A stretch of DNA of 64,000 nt from assembly GCA_964016885.1 (NCBI GenBank), contig OZ024760.1, positions 9,858,001-9,922,000 of the forward strand, written 5' to 3'. Positions within the stretch are counted from its first letter, which is position 1. Each line of letters opens with the position of its first letter. Shown here in pieces: positions 38,215 through 53,574 of this stretch. Origin of the DNA: Eledone cirrhosa (taxonomy: Eukaryota). The notes under the pieces were generated by a model that was not told the origin of the DNA, did not search any database, and saw nothing but the letters and a program-made list of their open reading frames with translations. The translations under genes were made by a program, and so were the position numbers.

Positions 38215-40085
38215 GTGACACAGCGTAACTCGAAACCCCAAAGAGGATTCTGAAGGGAGAAAACTTAGATGATGCGAATGTGGAAAGTAGGAAAGAGGAA
38301 TCATACTGAAAATGAATGAAATGAGGAAGAATTAGACTACTAAGATGCTGGTTGAGGGGAAACTGATGAAGCACTAAATGTTGAGGGAGTGGAAATTGAA
38401 GTGACTGATGATGTAGACATTGAAGGTGTGAATAGAAATGAAAAAGAGGAAGAAACAAGATTAATTATAAAAACATTGAAACCTGTTTATTGATCCTGGA
38501 CTCAATAAGATGCCATTGAATCTTCGGAATATATAGAGAAGTGGTTTAGCAAGTGAAATAGCCAAAGTAAATGATGTATATAGAAACCAATGGTATAAGC
38601 AAGTTGAGAAAGTTAATTAGCACTGCAGGGTTTCTGGTGGGTGGGTGATTAGTTATTAAGCAAACTGAAGAAATGTAAGGATTTCTGGTGGAAGATAAGA
38701 ATGGAAGGGGATGTAACTCAGCTCAGGAAGATAAGAATGGATGAGGATATAATTAATTTCAGGGAAGATAAGGTTGAAAGGTGATATAACTCATTCAGGG
38801 AAGATAAGATTGCAAGGTGATATAACTCATTTCAGGGGAGATAAGATTGCAAAGGGATATAACAAATTTCAGGAAAGATCTGGGTAAAATGGGTGCTTGG
38901 CATAGAAGAAAATGGGGAAAAAAAGGCAAAGTGGGGGAGAAACAACGCATGGACATAAGGTATAAAATAAAGTTGAAAGATTTGAATGTAGTGATGGAAG
39001 AAGTGAAGCAGCGAATTAAGGCAAATTCTAATCAAGTTAAACACGATACAAATAGACAAAAACAAAATAAAATAAAATTGAATGTGAAGATGTTAATTAC
39101 CGTTGTCAGTATGTCGGCTGTATCAGTTATTACATATAGTGCGGCTATTTTGAATTGAACCAAAGACGAAATAGAGAAGTTGATAGGTGAAGACATGAGA
39201 AAATGGTTGACAAAGGTGCATTGCACCCAAAGACGAATGTCATAAGGCTATGTACACCGAGTAACGTAAGAGGCTGAAGACTTGTAAGTGTGACAGATTG
39301 CGTAGCTAAAGAATTCACGTCCTTAGACTCGTATTTGGTTAGAAGTAAAGAAAGACTTTATAGGTTTGTTGTCAAAAGCAGAAGCTTGTACATTGAAACC
39401 ATTGAAAGCAAAGAAAATTAGAAACAGAGGCTCCTGGTTCAGAAACTGAACACAATGGAGAGTATAGAATTACAAGGTCAGTTTGAGAGGGAAACGAAGG
39501 AATTAAAAGTAGGATCTTCATGGAATTGGTTGACAAAGAGTGATCTTAAGAAAGAGAGAGAGAGATGAACTGTTTATCAATGGCTGTTCATTATCAAGCA
39601 CTAAATACAAACACGATAAGGAATATGTGTAATTCAGGTGAAACAAATGAGTGAGGGTTGTGTGGAAAGACGGTAGATAGTGTGACACACATTGTGTGTG
39701 TCTGCGGTATGCTTGTGCAGAGAAAATATTAAAAGATGTCTCGATAAAGTGTGCACGCACCCACATTGCTCATTATGCAATAAAAATGGGGTTAGAAACC
39801 AATGAGAAATGGTATCAGCACAAATCAGAGAAAAGTCCTAGAAAATCAGACTTTGAAACTCTTGAGGGACATTACAGTCTAGACAGAGAGAGAGTTCTTG
39901 AAAATACAAGGCCAGACATAACTTTGGTAGAGAAAGGTAGTGAAAGGAGGTGTTTGATGATCGATGAAGCTTGCTCTGGAGACCCTTACATCAATGATAA
40001 AGAAAATGAGAATATCGTAAAGTATGCAGACTTGAGAAGAGATGTCGAGAGAATGTGGAAAATGAAAGCACAAATCAACACTTTT
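38215..40085 (+). mobile_element. Decayed R4/Dong-type non-LTR retrotransposon with RLE endonuclease; RT core missing
   Basis: KLN...SAVSVITYSAAILN region at about 39075; CCHC remnant [16 protein letters not shown] at about 39660; RPDITLVEK...[10 protein letters not shown]...[13 protein letters not shown] (PD-D/ExK endonuclease) at 39900-40075; many stops. Confidence 0.8.
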
Positions 40086-40174
40086 GAGAACAACAAATAT
40101 CCTGTAGAAAGTAATGTCTATCAGAGGTTACATAGCTTGATAGGGGGTCAATTAAATCATCTAGTGTTTATAAG

Positions 40175-41025
40175 ATCAATATTTATATATGTATGTATAT
40201 ATATATTTAGATATGTATGTATATATATTTATATATGTATGTATATATATATATTTATATATGTATGTATATATATATATATTTATATATGTATGTATAT
40301 ATATATTTATGTATGTATATATATATATATATATATTTATGTATGTATATATATATATATATATTTATATATGTATGTATATATATATATATATTTATAT
40401 ATGTATGTATATATATATATATATTTATATATGTATGTATATATATATATATATTTATATATGTATGTATATATATATATATATTTATATATGTATGTAT
40501 ATATATATATATATTTATATATGTATGTATATATATATATATATTTATATATGTATGTATATATATATATATATTTATATATGTATGTATATATATATAT
40601 ATTTATATATGTATGTATATATATTTATATATGTATGTATATGTATATATATTTATATATGTATGTATATGTATATATATTTATATATGTATGTATATGT
40701 ATATATATTTATATATGTATGTATATGTATATATATTTATATATGTATGTATATGTATATATATATTTATATATGTATGTATATGTATATATATTTATAT
40801 ATGTATGTATATGTATATATATATTTATATATGTATGTATATATATATATTTATATATGTATGTGTATATATATATATTTATATATGTATGTGTATATAT
40901 ATATATTTATATATGTATGTATATATATATATATTTATATATGTATGTATATACATATTTATATATGTATGTATATATATATATTTATATATGTATGTGT
41001 ATAAATATATATATATATATATATC
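40175..41025. repeat. TA-rich minisatellite TTTATATATGTATG(TA)n
   Basis: Read directly. Confidence 0.95.
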
Positions 41026-41323
41026 CATCCATCCCCTAATGCTACTCACATCACCAGTCCTATGAATACCAACACCCCCAAAACTCCCAACGCCAAGCCC
41101 CCCCCCCCCCCCCCCCAGTCCTATCAACACCACCACCTTACTACTGCTGCTATTTTGGTATATGCCAATATATCCTTGCTCACACACACACACATACATA
41201 CACACATATACATACGCACACATACACACACACACATACATACACACAAACACACATACACACATATACATACGCACACATACACACACACACATACATA
41301 CACACAAACACACATACACACAT

Positions 41324-41354
<31 letters not shown>

Positions 41355-41709
41355 CATACACACTCACATATACATATATACACACTTTAGCCGTCCACTG
41401 TGTATATATCCACATTCTTACTACCCGCCGCCGCCGCCGCTAAATATTCCACTTCCGGTATTTCGCCCCCACCCTCTCAAACAATATGTTTGTGCTCATT
41501 CTTAAATTTATCAGGATGGCTACTCCACTTCCGCATTGCTCCCATACATACTTATATATACACATACATACATACATTACATACATACATTTCATACATA
41601 CATTACATACATACATACACACATAGAAACATACATACATACACACATACATACATACATAAATACACTCACATACATACATACATGCGTACGTATATAT
41701 ATAGGTACG

Positions 41710-41742
<33 letters not shown>

Positions 41743-41855
41743 TACATCCAAACATATATTCATACATATATACATACATACACATACATACATACATACA
41801 TACATACATACATACATACATACATACATACATACATACATACATACATACATAC

Positions 41856-42471
41856 ATGGTGGCTGCCAACTAGTTTTCGAGTACGGCCACTACTTTATAT
41901 CCATGTAGGAGAACCCCTACTGATGCGCTGAACGAGTGTGACTTTTTAGTCCAGCCAGCGACTTGAAAACTCTGGTACAAACACTACACTTGTGATAATT
42001 ATTGACACATAGTGCTGGGCCCATGGTACCATGTGATGACAAGTGCAGAGAGATCTCCAGATATAAAGCAATGCCTGTGCCGTGAAGCTTTTATAGTGAG
42101 CAAAGGCACTGCACAAAGCCAGTCCCACTCTCTTAACCAAGATGATATTTACCAAAAAGAACAAGTCAACATCATTGGATACCATCAGGGTTGCAGGTGT
42201 TATATCAGAGTTTTCCTTCTCCTAGAATTCTGCCTTGACAAAGGCTAAGGGGTCATTTCTCCCGTTGATTTTGGATGGCCATTGACTCTTAAGAGCCATT
42301 GACTCCTTTGCCCTTTGACAGGTTTTGTTTTTAGTCCTGCAGGATGTCCAAAGTCACCCTCCTCACCAAGAAACCTTGGTGGGGTTGCCAGTTTAGTCGC
42401 CAACGACCCGACCATGAGACAGGTTGTACTGGGATACATGTTACCAGTAGCACCAACTGGTGACCTGACAT
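41856..42471 (-). mobile_element. Bipartite RTE-derived retroposon, full length
   Basis: Near-identical to 20147-20764; embedded in (CATA)n. Confidence 0.8.
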
Positions 42472-42783
42472 GCATACATACATACATACATACATACATA
42501 CATACATACATACATACATACATACATACTGAAAATTTTATTTTGGGGAAAGGCTGTGTATTCTAATAAATATTACCAGTGCAGGTAGTCAAAATATGTA
42601 TACATTTTGGTGGGGACACCCTAAATATATATATATATCCTCGATTTATCTGTCTGTCTGTTAGCTTCTTTATGTGTTATCTCTATGTATATATTCATAT
42701 CTACCGCCATATTATCATATTCACCTATTACTCAAACAATAATCCAACCTCTTATTCTGTTAATCTATTAATCTATTAATCTA

Positions 42784-42992
42784 TGGATTGGCAGTATCGG
42801 TAGAGGGTCGGACGCCATGCTTTGCAGCAATGACTTACAGCCCTTTATGGTCTGATTTCAAATCCCGCCGAGGTTAACTTTGCCTTTCATCCTTACGGGG
42901 ATCAATAAACTAAAGTACCAGTAATGTACTGAGGCCGATTTAGTTGACTTTCCCCTAAGAATTGCTGGGCTTCTGTCAAAATCAGGAACCAT
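42784..42992 (+). mobile_element. SINE family A copy; 3' fragments at 43138-43199 (+) and 49194-49252 (-)
   Basis: Matches 132-320. Confidence 0.8.
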
Positions 42993-43259
42993 TATCTATT
43001 GGCACAGAAATATGAATAAAAATACTTGGTTCTACCAATTGTATTGTGTTGTTGTTGTTGATGTTGATGTTGGTGATGGTGGTGTTGGTGGTGGTGGTGG
43101 TGGTGTTGTTGTTGGTGGCGTTGTTGTTGTGGTTGGTGAAATAAAGTACCAGTAATACGCTGGGATAATTGCTGGCCTTGTGCCAAAAGTAGAAACAATC
43201 TATTAATTTATTAATACAATATAGCTGCTACAGGTTTCACCACAATACATCACTCGGGT

Positions 43260-43620
43260 TATCGCATCTTCTTCAAAGATGTCTTGGAACGACTTCAAAA
43301 ACCGGTCCAGTGAATCCGACAGGATATTCGGTACTTCTTCACGATAACTCATCTACTCGCACAGCACTTTCAATTAGAGAATTTCTGGCGAAGAAAAACA
43401 TCCCCACTCTTCCACATCTTCCCTACAGCCCAGATTTAGCTCCGTGTGATTTCAACCTCTTCCCTAAATTGAAATCGAAGTTGAAGTGTCATCATTTTGG
43501 GACTGTAGGAAAACATACAGAAAATTGTAATCGATGAGCTAAGGTCACTCACAGTACTGCTAAGATCAATGAAAAGACGTGTAAATCACTGTGTGACTTC
43601 CTAAGAGTCGTATCTTAAAG
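43260..43620 (+). pseudogene. Mariner-family transposase C-terminal fragment
   Basis: LLHDNS...EFLAKKNIPTLPHLPYSPDLAPCDFNLFPKLK carries the mariner HDNA and YSPDLAPxD catalytic motifs. Confidence 0.9.
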
Positions 43621-43984
43621 AAGGTCAATTGCAATTTCATATATGTCTAATATACATTTAAATAAAACATCAGTACCCTAACTTGTAACTGACGAAATGT
43701 TTGTAGCTATCCTATCCAGCGGATCATGTCTTTCTGAAACAGTAGCATCGTTAACAGTTCTAGTGTTAAACCAGGTGGCAGATTAAATCTACCACTTAAG
43801 AACCCGACGTGGACCTTATTTTAATGAACCGGAAATGGATGAAAAACAAAATTGACCTTATCTGATTTTTCCAAAAAGAAAAACAATTTATAAAAATATA
43901 AAAAAAAATATTTATAAAAAGATGAAGGAAACAATTCATTTCTTCCTCAACTGGGACTTTATAACACCACCCCTAAATCTCACT

Positions 43985-44262
43985 AAAGTCTGTTTCGAAC
44001 TCGGAGACTCATCAGGCCAGTGCTTATCCCGTTTTTGTTTTTTTTCATGGCGTTAAGCGACAGAGAGTACAAGACCCCTTCCCTGGACAGGACGCCATTC
44101 CATCGCTGGTTTAAACCCCCAGCTGTTACTGGTACTCGTTTTCAGCTGAATATACTGGAGCATAGTGAAACGAAGTGTTTTGCTCACGAACACAACACAC
44201 AACCCAGGAATCGAACCCACGACTTTATGATCGTAAGCCCAACACCCTTACCACTAGGCAAC
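43985..44262 (-). mobile_element. SINE family B (diverged)
   Basis: Minus strand: TGCCTAGTGGTAAGGG head, GGTTCGATTCC B-box and TGTGTTCGTGAGCAAAACACTT core; same 3' end as 18348-18702. Confidence 0.75.
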
Positions 44263-44630
44263 CCGTTACCCCTAAATGGACTGCGAGCAGGAGCTGAACG
44301 TGGAACAGAGAACTGAAAGACGGAGAGCAGTCCATTTTATAATAGGTTCTAATGGCTAGTAAGTCAAAATATCTATTAATTACCGTTACACACCACGTGT
44401 TTCTGGAAATAGGTTAATTACCCTAAGAATTAATTAGGACTATTATGAGGGGTCATACAAAGATTGAATTTATCCAAAGTGTCAATGTACTCTCGGATCA
44501 AACCCATGTGATTTCTAATGGTGACTCTAATGGCTTTATATATCAAATGTGTGTGTGTATATATATATATAATATTTGTATATATACATATATATAATAT
44601 TTGTATATATATATATATATATATAATATT

Positions 44631-44675
<45 letters not shown>

Positions 44676-44679
<4 letters not shown>

Positions 44680-45255
44680 TGGCTGCCAACTCGTTTTCGA
44701 GTACGGCCACTACTTTATATCCATGTAGGAGAACTCGCTGAACGAGTGTGACTTTTTAGTCCAGCCAGTGACTTGAAAACTCTGGTACAAACACTACACC
44801 TGTGACAATTACTGACACATAGTGCTGGGCCCATGGTACCCTGTGACGACAAGTGCAGAGAGATCTCCAGATATAAAGCAATGCCTGTGCCGTGAAGCTT
44901 TTATAGTGAGCAAAGGCACTACACAAAGCCAGTCCCACTCTCTTAACCAAGAGGATATTTACCAAAAAGAAGAACAAGTCAACATCATTGGATACCATCA
45001 GGGTTGCAGGTGTTATATCAGAGTTTTCCTTCTCCTAGAATTCTGCCTTGACAAAGGCTAAGGGGTCATTTCTCCCGGTGGTTTTGGATGGCCATTGACT
45101 CTTAAGAGCTCCTTTGCCCTTTGACAGGTTTTGTTTTTAGTCTTGCAGGATGTCCAAAGTCACCCTCCTCATCAAGAAACGTTGGTGGGGGTTGCCAGTT
45201 TAGTCGCCAACGACCCGACCATGAGACAGGTTGTACTGGGATACATGTTACCAGT
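44676..45255 (-). mobile_element. Bipartite RTE-derived retroposon, near full length
   Basis: Near-identical to 20147-20764, with a small internal deletion. Confidence 0.8.
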
Positions 45256-45490
45256 ATATAATATTTGTGTGTATATATATATATATATATATATACAAAT
45301 ATTATATATATATATTTATATATATATGTGTGGATTTTATATATATATATACTGTATATATGTGTGTGTGTGTGTGAATTCAAAGGAAAACCAAAGGTTT
45401 TTAGTGATTTCAAACATACACACAGATACATATTTATATGTATATATATATATATATACATACATATACACATATATATATATATGCCTT

Positions 45491-45640
<150 letters not shown>

Positions 45641-45706
45641 CATACATATATATATATATACATACATATATATATATATATACATACATATATATATATA
45701 CATACA

Positions 45707-45746
<40 letters not shown>

Positions 45747-45751
45747 CATAC

Positions 45752-45800
<49 letters not shown>

Positions 45801-45806
45801 CATACA

Positions 45807-45858
<52 letters not shown>

Positions 45859-46021
45859 CATATATATACATACATATATATATACATATATATATAAATA
45901 CATATATGTATATATTATATATGTCTATATATATATATATTCATATATGTACATATATATATATATACACACATATATACATACCTAAATATATATATAT
46001 ATATATACATATATACATACT

Positions 46022-46067
<46 letters not shown>

Positions 46068-46107
46068 TATGTATATATGTGTAAATGTATATATATATAT
46101 ACATACC

Positions 46108-46181
<74 letters not shown>

Positions 46182-46247
46182 TACATACCTATATATATAT
46201 ATATATATACATACCTAAATATATATATATATACATATATACATACT

Positions 46248-46313
<66 letters not shown>

Positions 46314-46318
46314 CCTAC

Positions 46319-46349
<31 letters not shown>

Positions 46350-46616
46350 TACATACCTACATATATATATACATATATATATATATATGTGTGTGTATAT
46401 ATATACTCTTCCGGTTGACTAGTCATAGGCATGGCGAAAGGGTAAACTACGACGCATAGTTATATAACGAAGTTGTATGTCACTGGTGGGTAGAGGTGGG
46501 GTAGATTGGAGCGGGGGGGTAGATGGTGGTGGAGATGGCGCTGGTGTGTGCTGAGTGGGTGGGTAATAAGAGTGGTCGTGATTAAGGTGTATCGATGGAG
46601 TGGGTGTGTGTGGGGG

Positions 46617-46956
46617 ATGGTGTGTAGGATGGTTGTGGTGTAGTGTGAGAACTAGCCCTGCCGCTATCTAATCCCATGTCCCCCTTTTTACACTATTAAC
46701 CTCACCGAAACCCGCCACTTCACCCTCAAATGGTGTGTAGGATGGTTGTGGTGTAGTGTGAGAACTAGCCCTGCCGCTATCTAATCCCATGTCCCCCTTT
46801 TTACACTATTAACCTCACCGAAACCCGCCACTTCACCCTCAAATGGTGTGTAGGATGGTTGTGGTGTAGTGTGAGAACTAGCCCTGCCGCTATCTAATCC
46901 CATGTCCCCCTTTTTACACTATTAACGTCACCGAAACCCGCCACTTCACCCTCAAA
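46617..46956. repeat. 113-bp tandem repeat x3
   Basis: ATGGTGTGTAGGATGG at 46617, 46730 and 46843. Confidence 0.95.
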
Positions 46957-47020
46957 TCCTATAATTGAACAGTTAAAAATCTCGTACAAACACACACACA
47001 GACATTTAGATACATCTAAA

Positions 47021-47109
<89 letters not shown>

Positions 47110-47306
47110 CGATCGAAAAAAAAATATATATAAATATATATATAAAAGGAAATATCGACTTTCGTCAAATCGGACCGAGGGAACAATGTTTCCGTTGGTC
47201 TTTCCAATTGCTAATACTATCTATCGGTCGCAACTCCAGGTAGAAGGAGCAACGTGAAATAAAGTGTCTTGCTCAAGGACATATATATATATATACGTAT
47301 ATATAT

Positions 47307-47347
<41 letters not shown>

Positions 47348-47457
47348 TATATATATATATATACGTATATATATAAAACATACATATATATATATACACA
47401 TACATATATATATATATATATTCATATATTTATATATATATATATTCATATATATTC

Positions 47458-47489
<32 letters not shown>

Positions 47490-47508
47490 ATATATTCATA
47501 TATATATA

Positions 47509-47542
<34 letters not shown>

Positions 47543-47623
47543 TATATATATATATATATTCATATATATATATATATATTCATATATATATATATATATT
47601 CATATATATATATATATATATTC

Positions 47624-47655
<32 letters not shown>

Positions 47656-47665
47656 ATATATATTC

Positions 47666-47699
<34 letters not shown>

Positions 47700-47841
47700 A
47701 TATTCATATATATATATATATATATATATATTCATATATATATATATATATATTCATATATATATATATATATATTCATATATTCATATATATATATATA
47801 TATATTCATATATATATATATTCATATATATATATATATTC

Positions 47842-47873
<32 letters not shown>

Positions 47874-47877
47874 ATTC

Positions 47878-47911
<34 letters not shown>

Positions 47912-47912
47912 A

Positions 47913-48009
<97 letters not shown>

Positions 48010-48052
48010 TCATATATATATATATGTATATTCATATATATATATATATGTA

Positions 48053-48459
48053 TATGATATTAAATAAATGGAAACTATATTTATAAAACCATATTTATTT
48101 CGTTATATATATTTCAGGGATATCATATTAACAATATGTTATGCCTTCTTCAGACAAAATACAATATAAACAGTCTTATAAATAAATAGATACGACATAC
48201 CTTTCAATCACCTTGCATTGAAAGGTATGTCGTATCTATTTATTTATAAGACTGTTTATATTGTATTTTGTCTGAAGAAGGCATAACATATTGTTAATAT
48301 GATATCCCTGAAATATATATAACGAAATAAATATGGTTTTATAAATATAGTTTCCATTTATTTAATATCATAAATATACTCCAAATACTTGTTGAGTGCT
48401 TTTATATCAGTTATAAATATTTACTCGTTGTTAACCCAACAATTTAAATATAACTTTCC

Positions 48460-48460
<1 letters not shown>
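48053..48460 (+). mobile_element. Penelope-like pseudo-LTR family A variant: ~320-bp palindrome (8-nt spacer) plus tail
   Basis: Arms 48053-48208 and 48217-48372; HHR at 48264-48329 (+) CTGAAGA-AGGC ATA...TAT CCCT-GAAA-TATATA-TA, mirrored at 48096-48161 (-). Confidence 0.8.
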
Positions 48461-48491
<31 letters not shown>

Positions 48492-48631
48492 TCATATATA
48501 TATATTCATATATATATATATATATTCATATATATATATATATTCATATATATATATATATATTCATATATATATATATATATTCATATATATATATATA
48601 TATATATTCATATATATATATATATATATTC

Positions 48632-48676
<45 letters not shown>

Positions 48677-49639
48677 CGTCTATATATATATATATACGTC
48701 TATATATATATATATATACGTATATATATACACATACATACATATATATATATATATAGAGAGAAAATTACAAAAATATTATTAAAACACCATAATCCAG
48801 ACGAGTGGGAATAACATTTGTTGTGTAACACTTAAACGTGTTTCATCATATGTATTACATATCAGTCTTGGATCGCTAACATTTGATTATTTTAACAAAT
48901 TAACTCGCATCCAAGTACTTAAATAATAATATGAAATTACAACGAATTTTCAAAGTGGAATGAGAATTTGTTAAGATATATAAAGGCAAGAATGAATAAA
49001 TCATAAAAAGGGGTGTAGGAGGAGAGAGGAGAGGAGAGAGTAGAAACATAGATAAGAACACACGAAAAAAAGATAAAATACGATGAGGATCTACCAATTG
49101 GAATAATTCATACTTTGAGTAAAAGACTACGATAAGCAGTCCTTGATTCTTGTTGAACAATCAAATTAATTGTTTATACCAACAGGAATTGAATAATTGT
49201 TTCTACTTTTGGCACAAGGCCAGCAATTATCCAGTGTATTACTGGTACTTTAATACGGAAATTGAATAATACTATAATTCTATATATGTATATATACATT
49301 TTACTTCTCTCTCTCTGATCTGTCTGTCTGTCTCCCTAATTTGTTCGTTTATCACGCCAACATCATATAAGCAGAAATATTTATTTTTCTTTTGCACGAG
49401 CCGGTAATATTATCTTGTCCTCTCACATTAAATCGTGCGAAATCACAGTCCGTCAATATTTGAAGAGGTCAAAAGAAGTGAGTGCATGATCTTGTCTTCT
49501 TCATTTATTTTCCTTTGTTCATTTCGTCCAATCACTTCTGCAAGTCAACACACTTCTTCCGCTGACTTCGGTCCTTTAAGGTAAATTTTACCGTACGCTG
49601 CCATTGATGGCATTTCGCAGTTTGTCTTCGACAATACTT

Positions 49640-49702
<63 letters not shown>

Positions 49703-49816
49703 GTTTGAATATGTGTAATAAGGCCAAGACAATGCAGGTATGGACATAGAAAAAAGAATGCAATAGTGAAAGATATTGATGTGAATTCGTCTTTCACCTT
49801 GAATTTATTTAAATGT

Positions 49817-49897
<81 letters not shown>

Positions 49898-49947
49898 CAT
49901 ATATATACATATGTATATACATATATATATATACATATATATACATA

Positions 49948-49981
<34 letters not shown>

Positions 49982-49995
49982 CATATATATACATA

Positions 49996-50071
<76 letters not shown>

Positions 50072-50085
50072 CATATATATACATA

Positions 50086-50208
<123 letters not shown>

Positions 50209-50209
50209 G

Positions 50210-50249
<40 letters not shown>

Positions 50250-50297
50250 TATACATATATCTATATATATATATATATATACATATATATACATATA

Positions 50298-50427
<130 letters not shown>

Positions 50428-50439
50428 TATACATATATC

Positions 50440-50471
<32 letters not shown>

Positions 50472-50490
50472 TCTATATATATATATATAT

Positions 50491-50768
50491 ATATTTATTA
50501 AAATAACAGATTAAAGTTTAAGCAAAGAATCGCTGCTTTCACCCTTAACGGGATCTTCTGAAACTAACAAAGTCAATCTGTAAACGTTTACAGATTGACT
50601 TTGTTAGTTTCAGAAGATCCCGTTAAGGGTGAAAGCAGCGATTCTTTGCTTAAACTTTAATCTGTTATTTTAATAAATATTTGCTCTACGGTTCTTATAT
50701 ATTTGATATATATTTATCCTTATCGAGCCCTTTTGGGATTTTAGTCTTCAAATTTATTATTATTACTA
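50491..50768 (+). mobile_element. Foldback element family C: 190-bp spacer-less palindrome plus tail; partial copies at 20945-20990, 29795-29885 and 52130-52250
   Basis: Centre AAAC|GTTT at 50585/50586; HHR-like CAGAAGA-TCCC gttaa GGGT-GAAA at 50611-50634. Confidence 0.7.
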
Positions 50769-50830
50769 TATATATATATATATATATATACATATATATA
50801 TAGAGATATATACATATATCTATCTATCTA

Positions 50831-50901
<71 letters not shown>

Positions 50902-51159
50902 AATAGTGGAAAGTTATTTGGAACGGTGTCGTTCCAAAATCCAATCATGTTCCACTTTTGACTGCTCCTTTTCGTTCCTTTTAGTGTTGTTGTTGTTGTT
51001 GTTGTGTGATGACTATTTTAATATTAACCTAAACCTCTTTGGTACCCTTATAAATAATTAATCACGTGGGTTTCAGGTTACGCCTGTCATGTGATTAGCC
51101 GTGGCTATGACGAACAAATTGCTTCCGTGTCATTAGATTCATCACGGCTGAATGAGAGT

Positions 51160-51290
51160 ACCCTTTAAATAACACCTTCCCCACCTCCACCCTTTAAATA
51201 ACACCTACCCCACCTCCACCCTTTAAATAACACCTACCCCACCTCCACCCTTTAAATAACACCTACCCCACCCCCACGCTTTAAATTATC
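51160..51290. repeat. ~29-bp tandem repeat x4 (CCTTTAAATAACACCTACCCCACCTCCAC)
   Basis: Read directly. Confidence 0.85.
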
Positions 51291-51468
51291 CTTACCCTAC
51301 CCACATCCACACCAAACTTCTCTCTTTTCTTGCCTTTGCTTTCTTTCTTCTTTTTTTCTATTTCTCTCTCCATTTCACCAATTTCAAAATCACTCGTATT
51401 TGTCTCTACGACCCCCTCCCCCCCCCCCCACTATTTTCAATTCTGTCACTTATCTCTCTCTCTCTCTG

Positions 51469-51526
<58 letters not shown>

Positions 51527-51553
51527 CATATAGCTCCCGAGATATGTGTTCAC

Positions 51554-51597
<44 letters not shown>

Positions 51598-51599
<2 letters not shown>

Positions 51600-51875
51600 C
51601 GATATTAATAAATGGAAACTATATTTATAAAACCATATTTATTTCATTATACATATTTCAGGGATACCACATTAAATTATGGTATGCCTTCATCAGACAA
51701 AATACAATATATAACAGTTTTACAAATAGCTTTGACGTACCCTTTTAAAATGCAGCCATTACTTTTGGAGGCCGTCTGGATAGTATATCTACTCCAAAAA
51801 CTTGTCGAGTGCTTTATATCAGTTATAAAAATATTTACTTGCTGTATCCCAACAACTTTAAATAGAACTTTTGCA
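51598..51875. mobile_element. Family A pseudo-LTR with the inverted arm joined directly to the tail; HHR on the minus strand at 51640-51704
   Basis: 51598-51784 matches the left arm of the 24644 element and 51784-51875 matches its tail. Confidence 0.75.
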
Positions 51876-52346
51876 TATATATATATATATATATATAAAT
51901 ATATATATATATAGGAACGAGTAGAACCCCGACGGCTGAGCTCAAGCCGTTTCGACGGCTAATTTTAGTCCATAATTAGCCGTCGAAACGGCTTGAGCTC
52001 AGCCGTCGTGGTCCTACTCGTTCCTATTACCCACTCTACTACCCTAAGTATTGAGTACTTTGGTGCGTTATGCTCCATCTGGTTCCGTACCACATTTCCT
52101 TCGTTATATATATATAGTAATAATAATAATAGTAATAATAATAAATTTGAAGACTAAAATCCAAAGAGGGTTCGATAAGAGTTTCAGAAGATCCCGTTAA
52201 GGGTGAAAGCAGCGATTCTTTGCTTAAACTTTAATCTGTTATTTTAATATATATATATTAAGAAATAAACCAAAGAAGCCTTCAATACATCAAAGGTCTT
52301 TATTAGCCAACAATGTTTCGTCCTATTAAGGACTAGTATTTTAATT

Positions 52347-52399
<53 letters not shown>

Positions 52400-52739
52400 A
52401 GTAACAAGTATGACCCCGACAGCAGAGCTCAAGGAGTTTCGACGGCTATTTCTGGACAATATTTCTGGATGGCTATTTCTCGTCCAGAAATAGCCGTCGA
52501 AACGGCTTGAGCTCTGCCGTCGGGGTCATACTTTTTCCTATTACCCACTCTACTACCCTAAGTATTGAGTACTCTGGTGCGTTATGGTCCATCTGGTTCC
52601 TTACCACACTTCCTTCGTCATATATAAGTATATATATATATATATATTTAATATAGAAAGGCTTCTACAGGACTAGAACTGTTTCATTCGGGAGAGATCA
52701 CCGGGAAGCCACCAGGCTTCCTGATAATCGTGATGCGCT

Positions 52740-53390
52740 AGCCACGCCCGCGGCCCTGGCGGACAGAATAGAGAAGGCGTTTCCCCGGAGGATGGTGAGG
52801 AAGATGCACTGGAAGAGCTATTCTAGCACGCGAGACTCACACCTGCGGGTAGACAACTCTGTGTCGATGGCGGTGAGCAGGAAGGTGGCCCAAAAGGCCA
52901 AGGACGCCAGCAGTCTCGACTGCCACAGGTTCGACTGCAAACCTGTCGGAGAGCCACCTATATTTGGAGAGCTTACCTTCCACGGCCCGAAGTGCATAAG
53001 AGCCTGGGCTAGTCATAGACTGCTCGAGGTTGCCACGAAGTTGGCGAATGTGTCGCTGCACGTGGCACCCCAGATGACGGTTTACCACCGCAGAACGGGA
53101 AGTTGGTCCTGCCGTCTTTTTAATTTTGCTAAAAGGCCAAGGACGCCAGCAGTCTCGACTGCCACAGGTTCGACTGCAAACCTGTCGGAGAATCACCTAT
53201 ATTTGGAGAGCTTACCTTCCACGGCCCGAAGTGCATGGGTTAGTCATAGACTGCTCGAGGTTGCCTAAGAGCCTGGGTTAGTCATAGACTGCTCGAGGTT
53301 GCCACGAAGTTGGCGAATGTGTCGCTGCACGTGGCATCCCAAATGACGGTTTACCACCGCAGAACGGGAAGTTGGCCCTGCCGTCTTTTT
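52740..53390 (-). mobile_element. CRE-type non-LTR retrotransposon 3' fragment (RLE endonuclease) with an internal duplication
   Basis: Minus strand across frameshifts: PFCGGKP..WDATCSDTF, KLSKYRWLSDRFAVEPVAVETAG and LFQCIFLTILRGNAFSIL. Confidence 0.75.
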
Positions 53391-53574
53391 TAATTTTGCT
53401 GCTAGCGTAAATTTAATTGTTTCATCCAGTTTTCTTCTTTCAATGGAGAATTTATTTGATATGTATTTACTTGGTAGCCATTATAAAACAAAACAAAATT
53501 ATAGACTCAGAAAGGAAGGGGTTAAAATCGTGATTTATTCGTCACATAAATCAATGAGAGTAGTTCAACAATAA

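Noticed and set aside
42380-42471. HDV-like or twister ribozyme at the 5' end of the bipartite element
   Set aside because: Hairpins are present but I could not assemble a valid P1/P3/L3 or twister core by eye
43985-44020. CTGATGA...GAAAC on the minus strand (and CTGATGAGCC at 18671) as hammerheads
   Set aside because: Both are the 3' stem-loop of SINE family B; stem II and stem I do not form in register, and the 18671 copy lacks GAAA
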